Of a stretch of 64,000 nucleotides of DNA, positions 23,040 to 35,950 are shown piece by piece; position 1 is the first letter of the stretch; each line of letters opens with the position of its first letter. A program made the translations under genes and the position numbers. The stretch comes from Lama guanicoe (lineage: Eukaryota), in NCBI GenBank assembly GCA_013239625.1, contig MU054117.1, forward strand, positions 4,454,677 through 4,518,676. Direction: 5' to 3'. Under the pieces are notes generated by a model. It was not told the DNA's origin and searched no databases. It worked only from the letters and a program-made list of their open reading frames with translations.

Positions 23040-24624
23040 CGTGCAGGTTTTGCAGAGCGTGCAGAAACACACCCTCCCCGGCAGGCGAAAAAGCGAGTAA
23101 CATCTCTCTTCCACCATCTTCCCTCATCCCTTTCGGCTCTGGGGTCTTCCTGGCCTGCTCCTCTCTTCTGAAGGGAGGGACGGGCTGGTTCAGGAGATGG
23201 GGAAGGAGTGGGAGACACTTTGCAGGGTGTTTGTGGAGGGATTAGATCGTGTACAAGCAACGGGGTGACTAGAGGGAGAGAAATGTGAGCAGAGCCCACG
23301 TGAGCAGAGTGGCTGAGAGCATTCCTGCGGTTCTAAGGATTCGGGAAAACAAGTTGCAGATCTGGACAAGTTCGTGCAGGGAGGGGTGCAGTGGAATGGA
23401 CCAGGGCCAGAGCTAAAAATAAGGTGGTATTTCTACGCAGAGCAGACAGGCTAACATCTGTGGGACTGAGGGTGGTGGTGGGGGGAGTGAGGCCAGAGAG
23501 GTGGGGAGGGGTCAGCTGGGCCTCAGTGTCAGTGAGAGAGGTTGATGCTTCCCCAAAGACGAGAGGGGGTGCCCCGGCCAGGAAGCCAAAGCCCAGAGGC
23601 CAAAATCAGGCAGGGAAGGGCTGAGGCGAAGGCTGCCCCACAGCAGATGAAAGATTCCAGGCAGTTGCGGCCGGCCCACCCCAAGGCTGGCCACATGGCT
23701 CCAAGAGAAGCACAGAGGGGTGGGCCCCCCCAAACCTTCTCCCCAGGCAGTTAAGAAACGCAGAAGGAGTGGCCTGGAGCAGAGGGCAGGGAAGCAGCAC
23801 TTACTGGGTGCTCACTGTGTAGGAGACGCTTTCCACACAATCCCACAGTGATCCTGAAAGGTAGGGGCTTCGTTCCTCTTTCACAGATTACAGAAGACTC
23901 ACATCATCCCAAGGCCAGCAGCATGCAAGTGGCAGAGCTGGGAGTGGACCCCACAGCTCTGCCCCTCAAGCCTACGCTCCCTCTGCCACCCATCACTCAT
24001 CTAAAAGGCAGACTCTCTGCAGGTGGCCCCAGAGGGCAGAAGACGGACAGGGGTCACTGGTGGGGAGGAAACTTCCCTAGCATCCAGAACTACACAAGAG
24101 TAAGTGGCCGGCCTCAGGAGGTGGTGAGCTCACCCAAAAGCTGGCTCTCGGGGACAGGGAGGGAGTGGTCCTGGAGGTTCCCATCACTCGGAGGGGCTTT
24201 GCCCTGTGGAGGCAGCGCAGGAACCTGCCTGGGTCCAGCTGCGTCCTTGGTGTGGGAAAGAGGGAACCCTGAGTTTGGGAAGAGTGAGAGAACAGTCTCT
24301 CGGAAGCTGCCTACTCACGGATCGATCACTCAAGCGGTTTGCGATCCTAAACACCCAGAGCCAAGAGGTGGGAACAGAGCCCGGCCCCCAGGCTGCTGAG
24401 TGCTGTCTAGGGAAATACGGTTCCCCCACAGAGCAAAACAAGCCCGCAAGAGCCAGAGAAGAGAGGCTGTCTGCTGCAGAAACAAGGGCTAATTTATGTG
24501 CCACCTCTCAGGTCTACGAGGAGTCAAAGAGAGGACAATGTGAACTGGAGAACCCAGGGAAAGAGACTAATCATAATAATTCTGATGTAAATAGTATTTT
24601 TCACAGCTGTCTTTTTTTTTTTTT

Positions 24625-24830
24625 TGAGCATTTACTACATGCCAGCACTGTGCTAAATGTTCCGTATGCATTGTATGATTTAACCATCAGAGCAATCCCT
24701 ATGAGGCAGGTGCTCTCATTCCCCTTTTGCAGACAGGATCAAAGAGGGGATGTAACTCACCCAAAATTGCACAGCTTACATGTGGCAGAGCTGGGACTTA
24801 AGCCCAGATCTGTCAGACTTCAGACCTCGA
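24625..24830 (-). mobile_element. MIR SINE
   Basis: tttgagcatttactacatgccagcactgtgctaa..ccctatgaggcagg..gtggcagagctgggacttaagcccagatctgtcagactt. Confidence 0.75.
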
Positions 24831-24907
24831 GTATAACTGAGAAGCTAACGCTTCTGCCACCTCTGTCCTGACACAGACACAGCTCCAAGACAGAATGTAA
24901 TCCTTCT

Positions 24908-25100
24908 CACGGAAAACAGTATGGAGATTCCTTTAAAACCTGAAAACAGAGTTACCATATCACTCAGCAATCCCTGGGCACATCTATCTCCAGAGGAAAC
25001 TATAATTCAAAAAGACACCTGCACCCCAATGTTCATAGCAGCACTATTTACAATAGCCAAGACATGGAAACAACCTAAGTGTCCATCAGCAGATGACTGG
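24908..25100 (+). mobile_element. L1 ORF2 C-terminal fragment
   Basis: Encodes IQKDTCTPMFIAALFTIAKTWKQPKCPSADDW. Confidence 0.9.
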
Positions 25101-25318
25101 TCACATCTCCCTCTGACTACAGCCAAGAAGGACTCTCTGATTCTAAGGATCCACAGGATTGGACTGGGTCCACCTGGATAATTCAGGATAATTTCATCTC
25201 AAAGTCCTTAACCTTAATCCCATCTGCAAAGTCCCTTCTTGCCACGTAAGGTAACATATTCACAGGCTCCAGAGATTAGGATGTGGACATTTTTGGGGCC
25301 ACTATTCTGCCCATCACA
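25101..25318 (-). mobile_element. MLT1C/D-like MaLR LTR fragment
   Basis: ccacctggataattcaggataat..catctgcaaagtccctt..gtaacatattcacagg..attaggatgtggacat. Confidence 0.75.
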
Positions 25319-26922
25319 GATGATAAAGAGGAGTTAGAAGCAAGTGCACCAGCAGCAGGTGCTAAAAAAAAAAAGGTGGGCGGGGGAGTAATAATATGTA
25401 TTAGTATTTGCATAAAGAAGGATACACAAAACATTGGTCATCAGAGGAGAACCAGATTGACGGGGAACCAGGCTGGACGGAGATACTCTGCGTTACTATG
25501 GAAGTGGTCAAACACACACAAACTGGAGAGAACAGTATAGTGATTCCCTTACATCCATCACCCAGCATCGACAGTTAACTACAGTTCTGCCATTCTAGTT
25601 TCCCTTATCTCCTCACCTTCTGGGAAGGGACTGAAAATTTACAGCAAATCCCAGACATATCATGCTAGCCTTAAACACTCAGGATGTACTTCTGAGAGGT
25701 AGGGTTTGTTTTTTGTTTTTTTGTTTTTCAGAAATGTACCACAATACCATCATCACACCTAATAAAACTAACAATATTTTCTTACTATCATCTAATTCAT
25801 AGTCTGTATTTAAACTTCTGTTTGAATCAGGACCCAAACAAGGCCCTCATGTTGCACTGGGTTGATATGAGTCTTCAACTGCTCTCAATCTATAATAATT
25901 TCCAGGACAGACACTCTTCCCTCGCTACTCTTTTATATCTTTATTTTTCAATCATGTCAGTGAGTGATCTACATAGAAGTTAAATTCAGGAGAAAATACA
26001 AATCTAATGCTTCATGGAGAGTTAGTCTTCTCCAAGGATGGTGGGTGAGGAAGAGTCCTCGCCAAGCAGGGGACTGGGGGACAGAGGATGGTAGGGGTGA
26101 CAGGAGACCCCACCAAAGCCCCAGGTGGGGATGCGTGGAATCAGGGAGCCCAGGGGTCTGGCACCCTGGGGGGCTCTCCTAGCCTGTTTGGCTGAGATGG
26201 GTAGGAGGGTTGCAGGGACACAAGCAGCAGTCTAGCCTGAAGCAGCCTGAGGAAAGTCACCCAAACCAAGGATGCTGCAATCATTCTAAATGTGCAGCCT
26301 GCTGAGAAACCACAGAAAACCCACCACCCACCAAACAGAGCCAAGTGTTACACTGAAGCATCCCCAGACCAGACAGCGGAGGAATGTGGAGGCGGAGAAT
26401 CACGAGGGACAGGGTTGCTGTTGAAACACCTGGAGGTCAGAGACCTGAGCTCTGTTTCAGCTCTGCCTTCAGTCACCTGCCCGGTCCTGTAAGGTCACCT
26501 GTAGACGCAGTCCCTTAAGTAACCGTAGCTGGAGGAGGGGGGAGTGAGTAACAACATAAACTAGCATTTGCTTGGATTTGCATAAAGAAGGTTACCTAAA
26601 AACCAAATGAGAGGCAAATGAGATCCTGAGTATGGAAGGGGCAGTGGGAATTCTCCCCACTTAGTATCACCAACAGCTGGGTCCGAAAGCCCCACTCCTA
26701 CCAAGTTCCGCACATTATCCCTAACCTGAAAGAGAGGCTGCTGCAGGATAAATAGGAGTTTGCTGGGAACAGGAAGTCTAGACAAAGAGAATGACAAGGT
26801 CAAAAGCAGAGGCGGTAATGGGCCTAGTGCATTCAGAGAATTAAATGCAAAGACCTACATCAATGGGGGATCTTGGACTGGACTCTAGGACAGGGACAGG
26901 ACATTCGTCAAAAATAGCTGAA

Positions 26923-27052
26923 GGGGGGATGTAGCTCAGTGCAGAGCGCACGCCTAGCATGCACAAAGTCCTGGGTTCAATCCCCAGCACCGCTATTAAA
27001 TAAATAAAAATAAAGCTAATTACCTCCCCCACCAAAAACAGCGACAAAATAT
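26923..27052 (+). mobile_element. tRNA-Ala-derived SINE (vic-1-like), long form
   Basis: A and B boxes plus tail. TSD aaaaatagctgaa (26910-26922) / aaaaacagctgaa (27053-27065). Confidence 0.9.
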
Positions 27053-28581
27053 AAAAACAGCTGAAACAAGAATAAAATCTGCCGTTTAGTGAATGGTTTT
27101 GAACCAATGTTAGCTTCTTAGTTTTGACAAATTAAACCTTGGTTTTTCAAGATGTTAACATTAAAAGGACTCTGTACTATCTCTGACACTTTTCTGTAAA
27201 CCTAAAATTATTCCAAAATAAAAAAGTTACAAAGAAAGAGAGAGAAGGAAAAAAAGAAAAGTAGTACAAAACGGCTACAGTGTATAAGGTGTCAGAAGCG
27301 GGAACGGGTGGCGGGCCTCAGCAGAAGCCAGGTTTCTGGGACCTCCCGTGCCGCACCGCGGGGTCCGGACTCCACCTCTCCGCAGGCAGTGACTCCACGG
27401 CAGTGCTGCCCCGTCTCGGAACCCTTCCCACAGGCCCCAGGTGGACATTAGCCACTGTTTCTTACCTTCATCTCAAACACGTTTCACCTGCGCGTCCACA
27501 CCTGCCTGAACCCACGCGGAAAGGGCCCAGGTCCTTTGTGCGCATGTGCTCACGCGTGCGCATACACGTGCGCGTGCGCACACAGCCCACCCGGGAGGGA
27601 CCTGTCTCCGGCCTCTGACATCCTCAGGCATCCAGGGCCACCACCAGAACAGAAGTCAGCAAGCGCCTCCACTCCACGTGGCGGAGGAGAAGCAGCAGTC
27701 CTCCGGCCCCACAGCGGTGGAAAGGGAGGCTCAGGAAGACTGGCACCTGCAGGGGCAGAACCAAGGCGCAAACTCTCCACCTGTCGTCGGCACCTGAGAC
27801 TCAGCCGGTCAGCTTGCTGGGAGGCACCTTCAGGATGGTACAACCCCTGGGCATCACCTGCAGCCCCTTCCCCGCTCTCCACAATCAAAGGACCAGAGAA
27901 GCAGAGAGAGTGCCGGCATTCACACAGCCGCTTACCCCGTGGAGAGGCAGCTTAGCGCCTGGCCTCTGGAGCCAGTTCACCTGGGCTCAGATCCTGGCTC
28001 TGTTGCTTCCTAGCAAGTTAGTTCGTGGGGCCTCGGTTTCCTCGTTTGTGAAACGGAGACAGTAAGACTAGCAACCTCAGAGAGCCTTTGGAGGATTAAA
28101 TGAGTTTACATATAGCAGTTCGCCCATCCAAGTGTTCGTTCTTCAGGCTTATTTTTTTTCCTTCAGTGCCTGCAGAGCACCTACAGTGGTTACTACAGGA
28201 GCTGATCATCTATTTGGGGAGATTGTTGGAAAAAGACACATGAATCATGAAATTACCATCCAGGACAAGGTCTGATCAGAGTCTAGTGGGTGATTCCGGA
28301 AGAAACTGCTACAGGAGTGCTGAAGGGGCTGGGTGGGCAGAGTAGACTGGGATGACAGAGGATGCTGGGGAAGGCGGGGGCCGAGCTGGCCTCAAAGGTG
28401 AGTGGGCTGCTTAAGGGGAAGAAGATGGGCCAGGGACTGGAGCTGAGGAAGGAGGTGGGAACCCAGCCACAGATGTGGCCATGGGTGCGGTATCCCCAGA
28501 GAGGAATCCGAACTGTAAATATAGGTGAAGGCAAGAGAGCAGAGGGCCTTTCCAGTGAGCTTGGAATTAGGACATTAGCCT

Positions 28582-28725
28582 TTCATACATTCAGTAATAT
28601 TTACCGTGCACCTGCCGTGTGTCGGGTACTGTTCGAGGTCCTTGGGATACGTCGGAGAACAAAACAGTCAAAATCCCTGCTCTAGAGGAGTTTACATTCC
28701 AGCGGGAGGAGGCAGAAAATAAACG
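28582..28725 (-). mobile_element. L2 3' end
   Basis: cattcagtaatatttaccgtgcacct..gggatac..aacaaaacagtcaaaatccctgctctagaggagtttacattc. Confidence 0.7.
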
Positions 28726-29764
28726 ATACACATACTAAGAAAATTCTTTACTCTGTTAGAGAGTGATAGGTGTTTTGGCAAACAATTTAGAAGGTAGCGG
28801 AGCTGGGAGGCTTTCGAATAGGAAAATGAGCAAAGCTTTGGAAGTATGACAAAAGGCTGATATTAAATATTAGTTACTTACAACTCTTCCTTGCCCTCCA
28901 ATCTCCTAAAGAGGACAGACCCTGAGAAATATGATTTTTTTTTCTGAACTAGGGTAGTGGGAAGTGGAGGATACAAACTGGAAATGCCAGGAAACAGCTA
29001 CATTGCTCCCCATGAACAGGAAGGCGAGGGCCAGAGGATGGTGGGGGCTGGGCTGGGGTGCAGGAGACAAGGCAGGAATGGCCGCAGAGAATGGGAGTTT
29101 GAAGAAAGAGAGCTCCACAAAGGAGTTTTGGAACAGGGTCCTCTGGCAGGTGAGCTGTCACTCCCTCACCTGCCTCTCCGTGAAATCTTCATAAACCTCG
29201 CACTCTACGTGGGTGGGCTCCACTTGGACTATGCATGCATCACGCATTGGAAGGAAGTTATGGGGAGAGTAGAGCGGCCCCAGATGACCCAAACGCAGTG
29301 ACATCGCAAGGCAGTCAGTCCAGGGAGGTGTGCAGATGGGATGGATGAGTGACAGGGAGGCAGGAAGGAGGGCTGGACCATGGTTTGGGCCAAGGCAGAG
29401 TTTCAGAGTTTCAAGGACGTGGCTCCCAACTTGGGTGGAGGCAGAAGGAAGGAAAGGTGGGAAACCCATATGAGGCTGAAATCAGGAGCCCTGAGTCTGA
29501 TCTTTACTATCTCCCGCCTTCGGCTGGCTTCCTCATTTTTGAATTGGACAGCCTCTGTGGGACCTCCTACCAAGGACGGGAGAGATGCGAGGAAGCCAGA
29601 ACCACATTCAGTCAGCAGGTGCAGGACAAGATGGAGTCACAGGGAGGGGAAGGTTCGGGGCTGACTGAAGGGAGAATGGGGCAGGCCAGGGGGAAGGAAG
29701 TGGGCTGCTGTTGGGGGGAGGCCCTCAGAGACTGTGGACTCTGACCTTGGTGTTTATTGTGAGT

Positions 29765-30200
29765 TAAGTCTATTAGGTTCCTATTGCTTTTGTGACCAAT
29801 TCCCACAGATCTAGGGGCTTGAAAGAACACATTTTACTTTACAATTCTGAAGGTCAGAAGTCTAAAACCAGGCAACAGGGCTACACGTGCCCCTTCTGGC
29901 AGCTATAGGGGAGAGTCTGTTCCCTTGCTGTTTCCAGTTTCCAGCTCAGGGCTGCTGGAAGTCCTTGGCTCACGGCCCCACATCCTTTGCATCTCTGCCT
30001 CCACCTTCACGTCTCCTTCTCTGGCTCTGACCCTCCTGCCTCTCCTTATAAGGACTCTTGGGATTACATTGGGCTCACGAGGATAAACCAGGATAACCTC
30101 CCCATCTCAAGACTAATCCCATGTGCAAATCCCTTTTGCCATGTAATGTAGTTGCCTTCACAGATTTGGGGGATTCAGATGTGGGTCTATTTGGGGGGAC
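29765..30200 (-). mobile_element. MLT1B/C-like MaLR LTR
   Basis: tattaggttcctattgct..tctgaaggtcagaagtctaaa..ttataaggactcttgggattacattgggc..gcaaatcccttttgccatgtaa. Confidence 0.8.
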
Positions 30201-33200
30201 ATTAAAATGGAAATCTCAGTTGGTCCTCAGATATTATGATAAATTTAGGGAGAGGTCAGCTCAAAAAAGAAATGGTAGTAGGAACACGGCAGGGTGGGGA
30301 AGCGAGGAGTCAGGGTCTAGCGAGAGAGGGGAGCAGAGGGCAGAGGAGCAAAGCCTGAGGAAGACCCTCCACCTCGCAGTTTCTCCAGGCCAGCAAGGCA
30401 CTGGGTGCTTGGAGAACACAGAACTTAATCAAATGCAAGTGTACTTTAAAGGCGCTCACCACCAAAACGTGTACACACAAGAGATCCTGATGAAGGTCCG
30501 TGAGTCATGCATGAGAGAGTCAAACAAGGTGACCCATGGAGGAAAAGACTGGAGCGTTCAAGTCGTCATGGAGCTCACTAGGAGGAACAGCAAAGACGCT
30601 TCTAGAAGGGAAGGAAGTGAATCAAGATGGTGTAGCACCAGGGTTTCTAGAAGGAAAGGATGGTCAGCAAGGTCGTGCTGCCACAGCATCAAGGAAAAAT
30701 GGTCCTTGGTGTGGCTGCTGGGGGGCCTCAGTGGCCAGTGAGAATATGGGTCCTCCTGTGCCTCCCACAGCCAGAGGCAAGAACCCACCCAGCCAGCCAG
30801 GCGTGGCGGGTCCTCAGAGCTCCCCCGCCTGGTGCTCACATCTTACCACCAGGGGGGGCACAAGAGCCAGTGTGGCCCCTCAGCCTGGAGCCAGGGGTTT
30901 TTCCAGAAACAGGATGCCCTGAGAGAAGGGAGGGAAAGTTTTCCCTCTCCAGCACCACAAAGCCTGGAAGGCCTCACTGGCTCCATGTGATCTCTGACTC
31001 AGGGCTTACCCAGATTTTCCCCTTCCAGTTAAAGCAAACCATATTTTTTCCATCACTCCCTTTACCGGTTGCCTGTAGGACTAAACTCCTGTAACACTTT
31101 GGCCTGGAGGCTCAGGGCGTCACAGGATGTTGAGATGGGGGGGGGGGACCTGATGTCTCTTAGTCCACAATGGCTTTGTACAGGTGAGGAGACTGAGTCT
31201 CAGACAGGGGAGGCAGCTTGTCCAAAATAAACAAATAAGGGTCAGCCAAGAACAGAACTCAGATCTCCTCACTCACATTCTAAGGACCCCCTTGATTGTA
31301 CAGAATTTGATGCTTTCTATAGCCTCCTCCCACTTCATTGTTTCTTGAGGGTAAATAATAGCAGTAATAGTGACAGCAGCCAACAGGCCCAGGGCACTCC
31401 TGCGACAGGCACTGTACCAAGCCCTCCGGGTGGGGTCTCTGCCAATACTCACCATTACCCTAAGGAGGAGTTTCTATTACAAGCTTAAGTGTTTACTGAA
31501 CCCCTCCCACCTGGGCTGGTGAAAGAGGTGGGGCAGGGAAAGAACATAAAGATGAAATCTTTTCTCTCCTTGGACCTGTTCTCCCAAGGCAGGTGGACTC
31601 TGGCTGGAAGCGGCACAGTGAGACTTTGTCTGGTTGTCTGCCTGCCCCCAAGGGCCTCACACACTGCAGGGTCCTCAGTCCACCGGGTTAGGGGGAGTGA
31701 CTCCTCTGTACTGCCCGCTGCTCTTGGCGTTGGTTGGCAACATTTAAGGAACTCCGTTTCCTCCACTGTTCCTTCCTCTTTCTCCTTCCTTATGGAACCC
31801 ACTAGGTGGTTCCCCAGCATTGCCTATGGCTTTGTGCTCTGAACCTTTGCACACAAGCTTCCCTCTGCCTGGAATTCCCCCCCTCCCCAGGCCTTATCTG
31901 CAGACCCCACCCCACAAGGTCAGCAGCTGTGAGTCCCCTGCCCTGGAAGGCTCTCCCGACGCAGGCAGACCTGGGGACACACCCCGTGCTTGCTCCTAAG
32001 CCTCATGTTCCCCGAGCAAAGACTCCGGGGGCTTGGACCCGTCTGGCCCATGTTGAGATTTCTCCACATGAGATACAGGGCATGTTGTCTCAGTGTTCAG
32101 GATGTACAGGACATGCAGCAGGCCCTCCAGAAATGAACAAGGTCCACGGTTCCTGCCGCCCGACTCTGATCTCGCTCTCACCGCCCTCTGGCACACTTGG
32201 CCACTCTCCCAGCTGGCCGCCCTCTCCACAGCCTCCACCTCGTTGCCCCACCTTAGTTCACTCCCTGGTCTCTCACCTGACATGCCTCCCTCACAGGTCC
32301 CCTGATACACCTCAGCTGTCAGCCGAAGCCCCCAAAGCTCTGAGCTGAGGCCTGGAGATACAGACAATGGTCCTTATCCTCAAGGCGGACTCCTGCCTGC
32401 ACCTTGCCCGCCACCCAACTACATAAAGCACAGGTAGGGATCAACCTCAGTCACACAGATTATTGAACTGGTTCAACCCTTCAGTGACCCCTCACCTCAG
32501 AGCACAAAGTCCAGGACCACAAACCACCTCTAGCTGGGTCCCCACCATCAACTCCCCACCTCCCTCCCCCGACTGTCAGCTCCAGCCCAGACCCCAGAAA
32601 GCCCCAGCCCCAGCTGTGTCCAGGATTCTCCCGTGACTGCAACCATTTTTCCTGTGGCTCTGCTCCATGCTTACCAGTTTGGGTCAAAGGGTCTGAGTTC
32701 CCTTGGCCCTCAGGCCTATCTCCATGCCCTCCTGCAGCACTCTCATCCCACTCCTGCCCTAAGGAGGCAGCCTTCTAAGTGGGCACTGAACTCTGTTTTC
32801 CGATTAACTAATCAACGAGACAAGTCTAACGATGATCATAAACAGAGCAAAGTCAGAACTGCCATGTGGTAACACCGGCTGGCTCTGGCTGGTGTCATTT
32901 TGAATTATGTTCTTCTTGCTTATTGGATTTTCAAAAGTTTCTGTAAGAGTATATTTTGCTTTTATAGTTAAAAAAAAACACCAAAGGAAACTTCATTTTG
33001 AAAAAAATACAAAGGTTTTTGGGGATTGTAAAAGGAGAGGGACTTTCCTCATTGGTTGGTGAGAAACAGGAAAAGAATGTTTTAAGGAGGCACAGAATTT
33101 CTACAAGTGAAGAGGGGGAGACCAGCCAGACAGGGGGCACATGCCACATGCCGCATGCAGAGCTGGGGTGCTGGGCAGGGCAGAGTGTTCCCTACAGATG

Positions 33201-33254
33201 CACGATGAGGAATTGTGACTTACATCATTGAATATGGGGAGCTACAGAAAGTAG

Positions 33255-34448
33255 TTTTTCCTTCCAGTTTTATTGAGATATAATTGACATACTGCACTTA
33301 TACCAGTTTAAGATGTACAACGTAACAATTTGACATAGATACATCATGAAATGATGTCCACAAAGGGTTTAGTGAACAACCACATGTCATACACACACAT
33401 TAAAGAAATAGAGAAATATATGTATTTTTTCCTTGTGATGAGAACTCTAAGGACTTATTCCCTTAACAACTTTATATATAACTTATAGCAGTGTTAATTA
33501 TATTTATCATGTTGTACATTACATTCCTAGTACTTTTTTATCTTCTGACTTGAAGTTTGTACCTTTTTAGTACCTTCATCTAATCCCCCTCCCCTACCAC
33601 CCACCCCCAACTCGGGTAACCACAAATCTGACTTCATTTTCTGTGAGTTTGTTTGCTTGTTTTTGAAGTGTAATTGACCTACAACACCATGTTAGTCTCT
33701 GTTTCACCACACAGTGATTTGATATTTCTATGCACTTCAAAATAACCACCATAATAAGTCTAGGTACCATCTGTCACCATACAAAGATATTACCTAATTA
33801 CTGACTATATTCCCCACACTGTACATTTCATACCCATGACTCATTTATTTTGTAATTGAAAGTTTGTACCTTTTAACGTCTGTCACCTATTTCTTTCCTC
33901 CCCCTAACCCCCTCCAGTCTGGCAACCACCTGTTTATTCTCTGTATCTGTGACTCTGTTTCTGTATGGCTATGTTTGTTTGTTTCGTTTATTAGATTCCA
34001 CATATAAGTGAAATCACGCAGTATTTGTCTCACTGTGATTTATTTCACTTAGCAGAATACCCTCTAGGTCCATCCATGTTGTTGCAAGTGGCAAGATTTC
34101 ATTCTTTTTATGGCTGAGTAATATTCCATTGTATATACACACCACATCTTCTTTATCATCTATTGATGGGCAGTTAGGTTGCTTCCACCTTGGCTGTTGT
34201 AGATAATGCTACAATGAACATAGGGAAACAAATTATCTTTTCAAAAAAATGTTTTCATTTTCTTTGGATAAATACCCAGGAGTGCAATTGCTGGGCAGTT
34301 CTATATTTACTTTTTTTATGTATTTAATTTTTTAAGGAATCTCCATACTGTTTTCCATGGTGACTGCACCAGTTTACATTCCCACCAACAAAACAGTGCA
34401 GGAGGGTTCCCTTTTCTCCACATCCTCACCAGTATTTGTAATTTGCAG
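33255..34448 (-). mobile_element. L1 3' region (L1MA9-like laurasiatherian type) just upstream of the CD9 promoter
   Basis: ccagttttattgagatataattgacat..agattccacatataagtga..ggaatctccatactgttttccat..gttcccttttctccacatcctcacca. Confidence 0.85.
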
Positions 34449-34739
34449 AAAGGTTTTGAGTGGTGAAGAAACACGCTCAGAACTGGGCACTGGAGCATCA
34501 GAAGTAGCAGTGGGCAGGGCCAGAGGGCCAAAGGGAGGGTGGTGTGGAATAGAGGAAAATTTGAAGCCAGGCCGCAGCCTTTCTCTTCTCCCCTGGGCAT
34601 CTAAACCGCAAGTCCAGAAAGCAGTCCCGGACTGCCTAGCCTTCAGATATATTACTATGCAGAGATGCTATTTGAGAATGCTCCTATAACCTCCAACCCA
34701 TCTTCTCACCTGGCCTGCAAGCTCCTAATTCCTCCTACT

Positions 34740-35950
34740 CCGCATGGCGTGCCGAGTAAGAGCACGCTCCTTGCAAGGGGCAGCCCCAGGGAGAAATAAA
34801 AGTAGGCAGCTTCCCTTCAAATCAAGGCCAAAGCAAGAAGAGCCTTCTTTCTGCTGCGGGCAGCCGGCCTTGGGCACCGGGGCTCTGCCCGGAACCACCC
34901 GGGGAAGGTGTCCCAGAGTGGAGCACTCGGGAGCACGGAATCAGGCCAAGAACCAGAAAGGCGAGGCCCCAAGTAACTCCTGGATGAAAGCGGCGTACGG
35001 TGACGGTCTGGAAGGATCCCAGGACGGTTGGGAGGAAAGCGGTAGGATGGCGGGAAGTCGGGTCCCGCCGCCAACTCCGTCGGGAGGGCCAAGCCCGAGG
35101 CGGGAGGGGCCGCGGTCCAGGGACCTGGGCGGGGCAGGTGGGCCGGGGCGGGGGCGGGGCAGGCCAGCCCACAGCCGCCCGCACCTCGGTTTGCAGCCCG
35201 GTCCTACCTGTCCCGGCCGCATTCGCCCCCGTCCCACACCAGTCCGTCCCCGGCCAGTCTAGCCCTCACCATGCCGGTCAAAGGAGGCACCAAGTGTATC
35301 AAATACCTGCTCTTCGGATTTAACTTCGTCTTCTGGGTGAGTGAGCGCGACTGTGGCGCGCCCCTCTCCGGGACCACCTGTCCGCTCCGGGCACCTGGTG
35401 CGCGGTCGGGGTTGCTGTTAACCGACACCGCCCGCGCGGGGAAGACTCCAGGCGGGAGGAGAGGGCACTGCGGCCGCCAGTTGGCTCCTCGGCCCGGGCC
35501 GGGCCGGGCAGGGCGGGCTCGTTGGTCCGGGGCGCGTCCGAAGCCGAGCAGGCAGGTTGCGCGGGGGCCTAGTGAACTAGGGGGTGGGGTTCGTGTTTGT
35601 TTTTACCCCGAGCCCCTCCGAGTGCAGGAGGGGAAAACGGAGCACCCCTCTGCGGGGGACTCAAGGCCCTGGCCGAGGGAGACTGTGGCGGGCAGTGCAG
35701 CTCGTGACCCGGGCGGGGTCCCCCGAGAGGCAGGGGCCGATGCGGATGCTCAGGGGCGGACGCTTCGGTGGCGCCGGGGGAGTTCAGCCAAGAGCTGTTG
35801 GCATCTTTACGCTGGAGAAGAAGGGGCTCGCCGGCCACGAGTGTGAGCGCCCCGGAATTCCGTCCCTAAATGAGAATCGGGGCCCCCCACCACCCTCAAG
35901 ACGGAACCTTCAGGCCCCCACTCTTTCAGACTGATTCCAAGCCGCCGTGA
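34740..35950 (+). promoter_or_regulatory. CD9: CD9 CpG island and TATA-less GC-box promoter; TSS probably near 35160
   Basis: Visibly CpG dense, tandem Sp1 GC boxes at 35126-35160, ETS core gggaagt near 35052, 5' UTR ccagcccacagccgcc..tagccctcaccATG. Confidence 0.85.
35271..35336 (+). CDS. CD9: CD9 tetraspanin exon 1 (coding part)
   Basis: [22 protein letters not shown], Kozak ctcaccATG, donor gtgagt. Confidence 0.98.

Noticed and set aside
33255..33970. Internal tandem duplication within the L1 3' UTR (two aagtttgtaccttt..aaccac blocks)
   Set aside because: Appears to be a built-in feature of this L1 subfamily 3' UTR rather than a local event. Not verified against a consensus.
35271..35846. 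191-aa ORF starting at the CD9 ATG
   Set aside because: Only the first 22 codons are CD9. The rest is read-through into CpG-rich intron 1 past a consensus donor.
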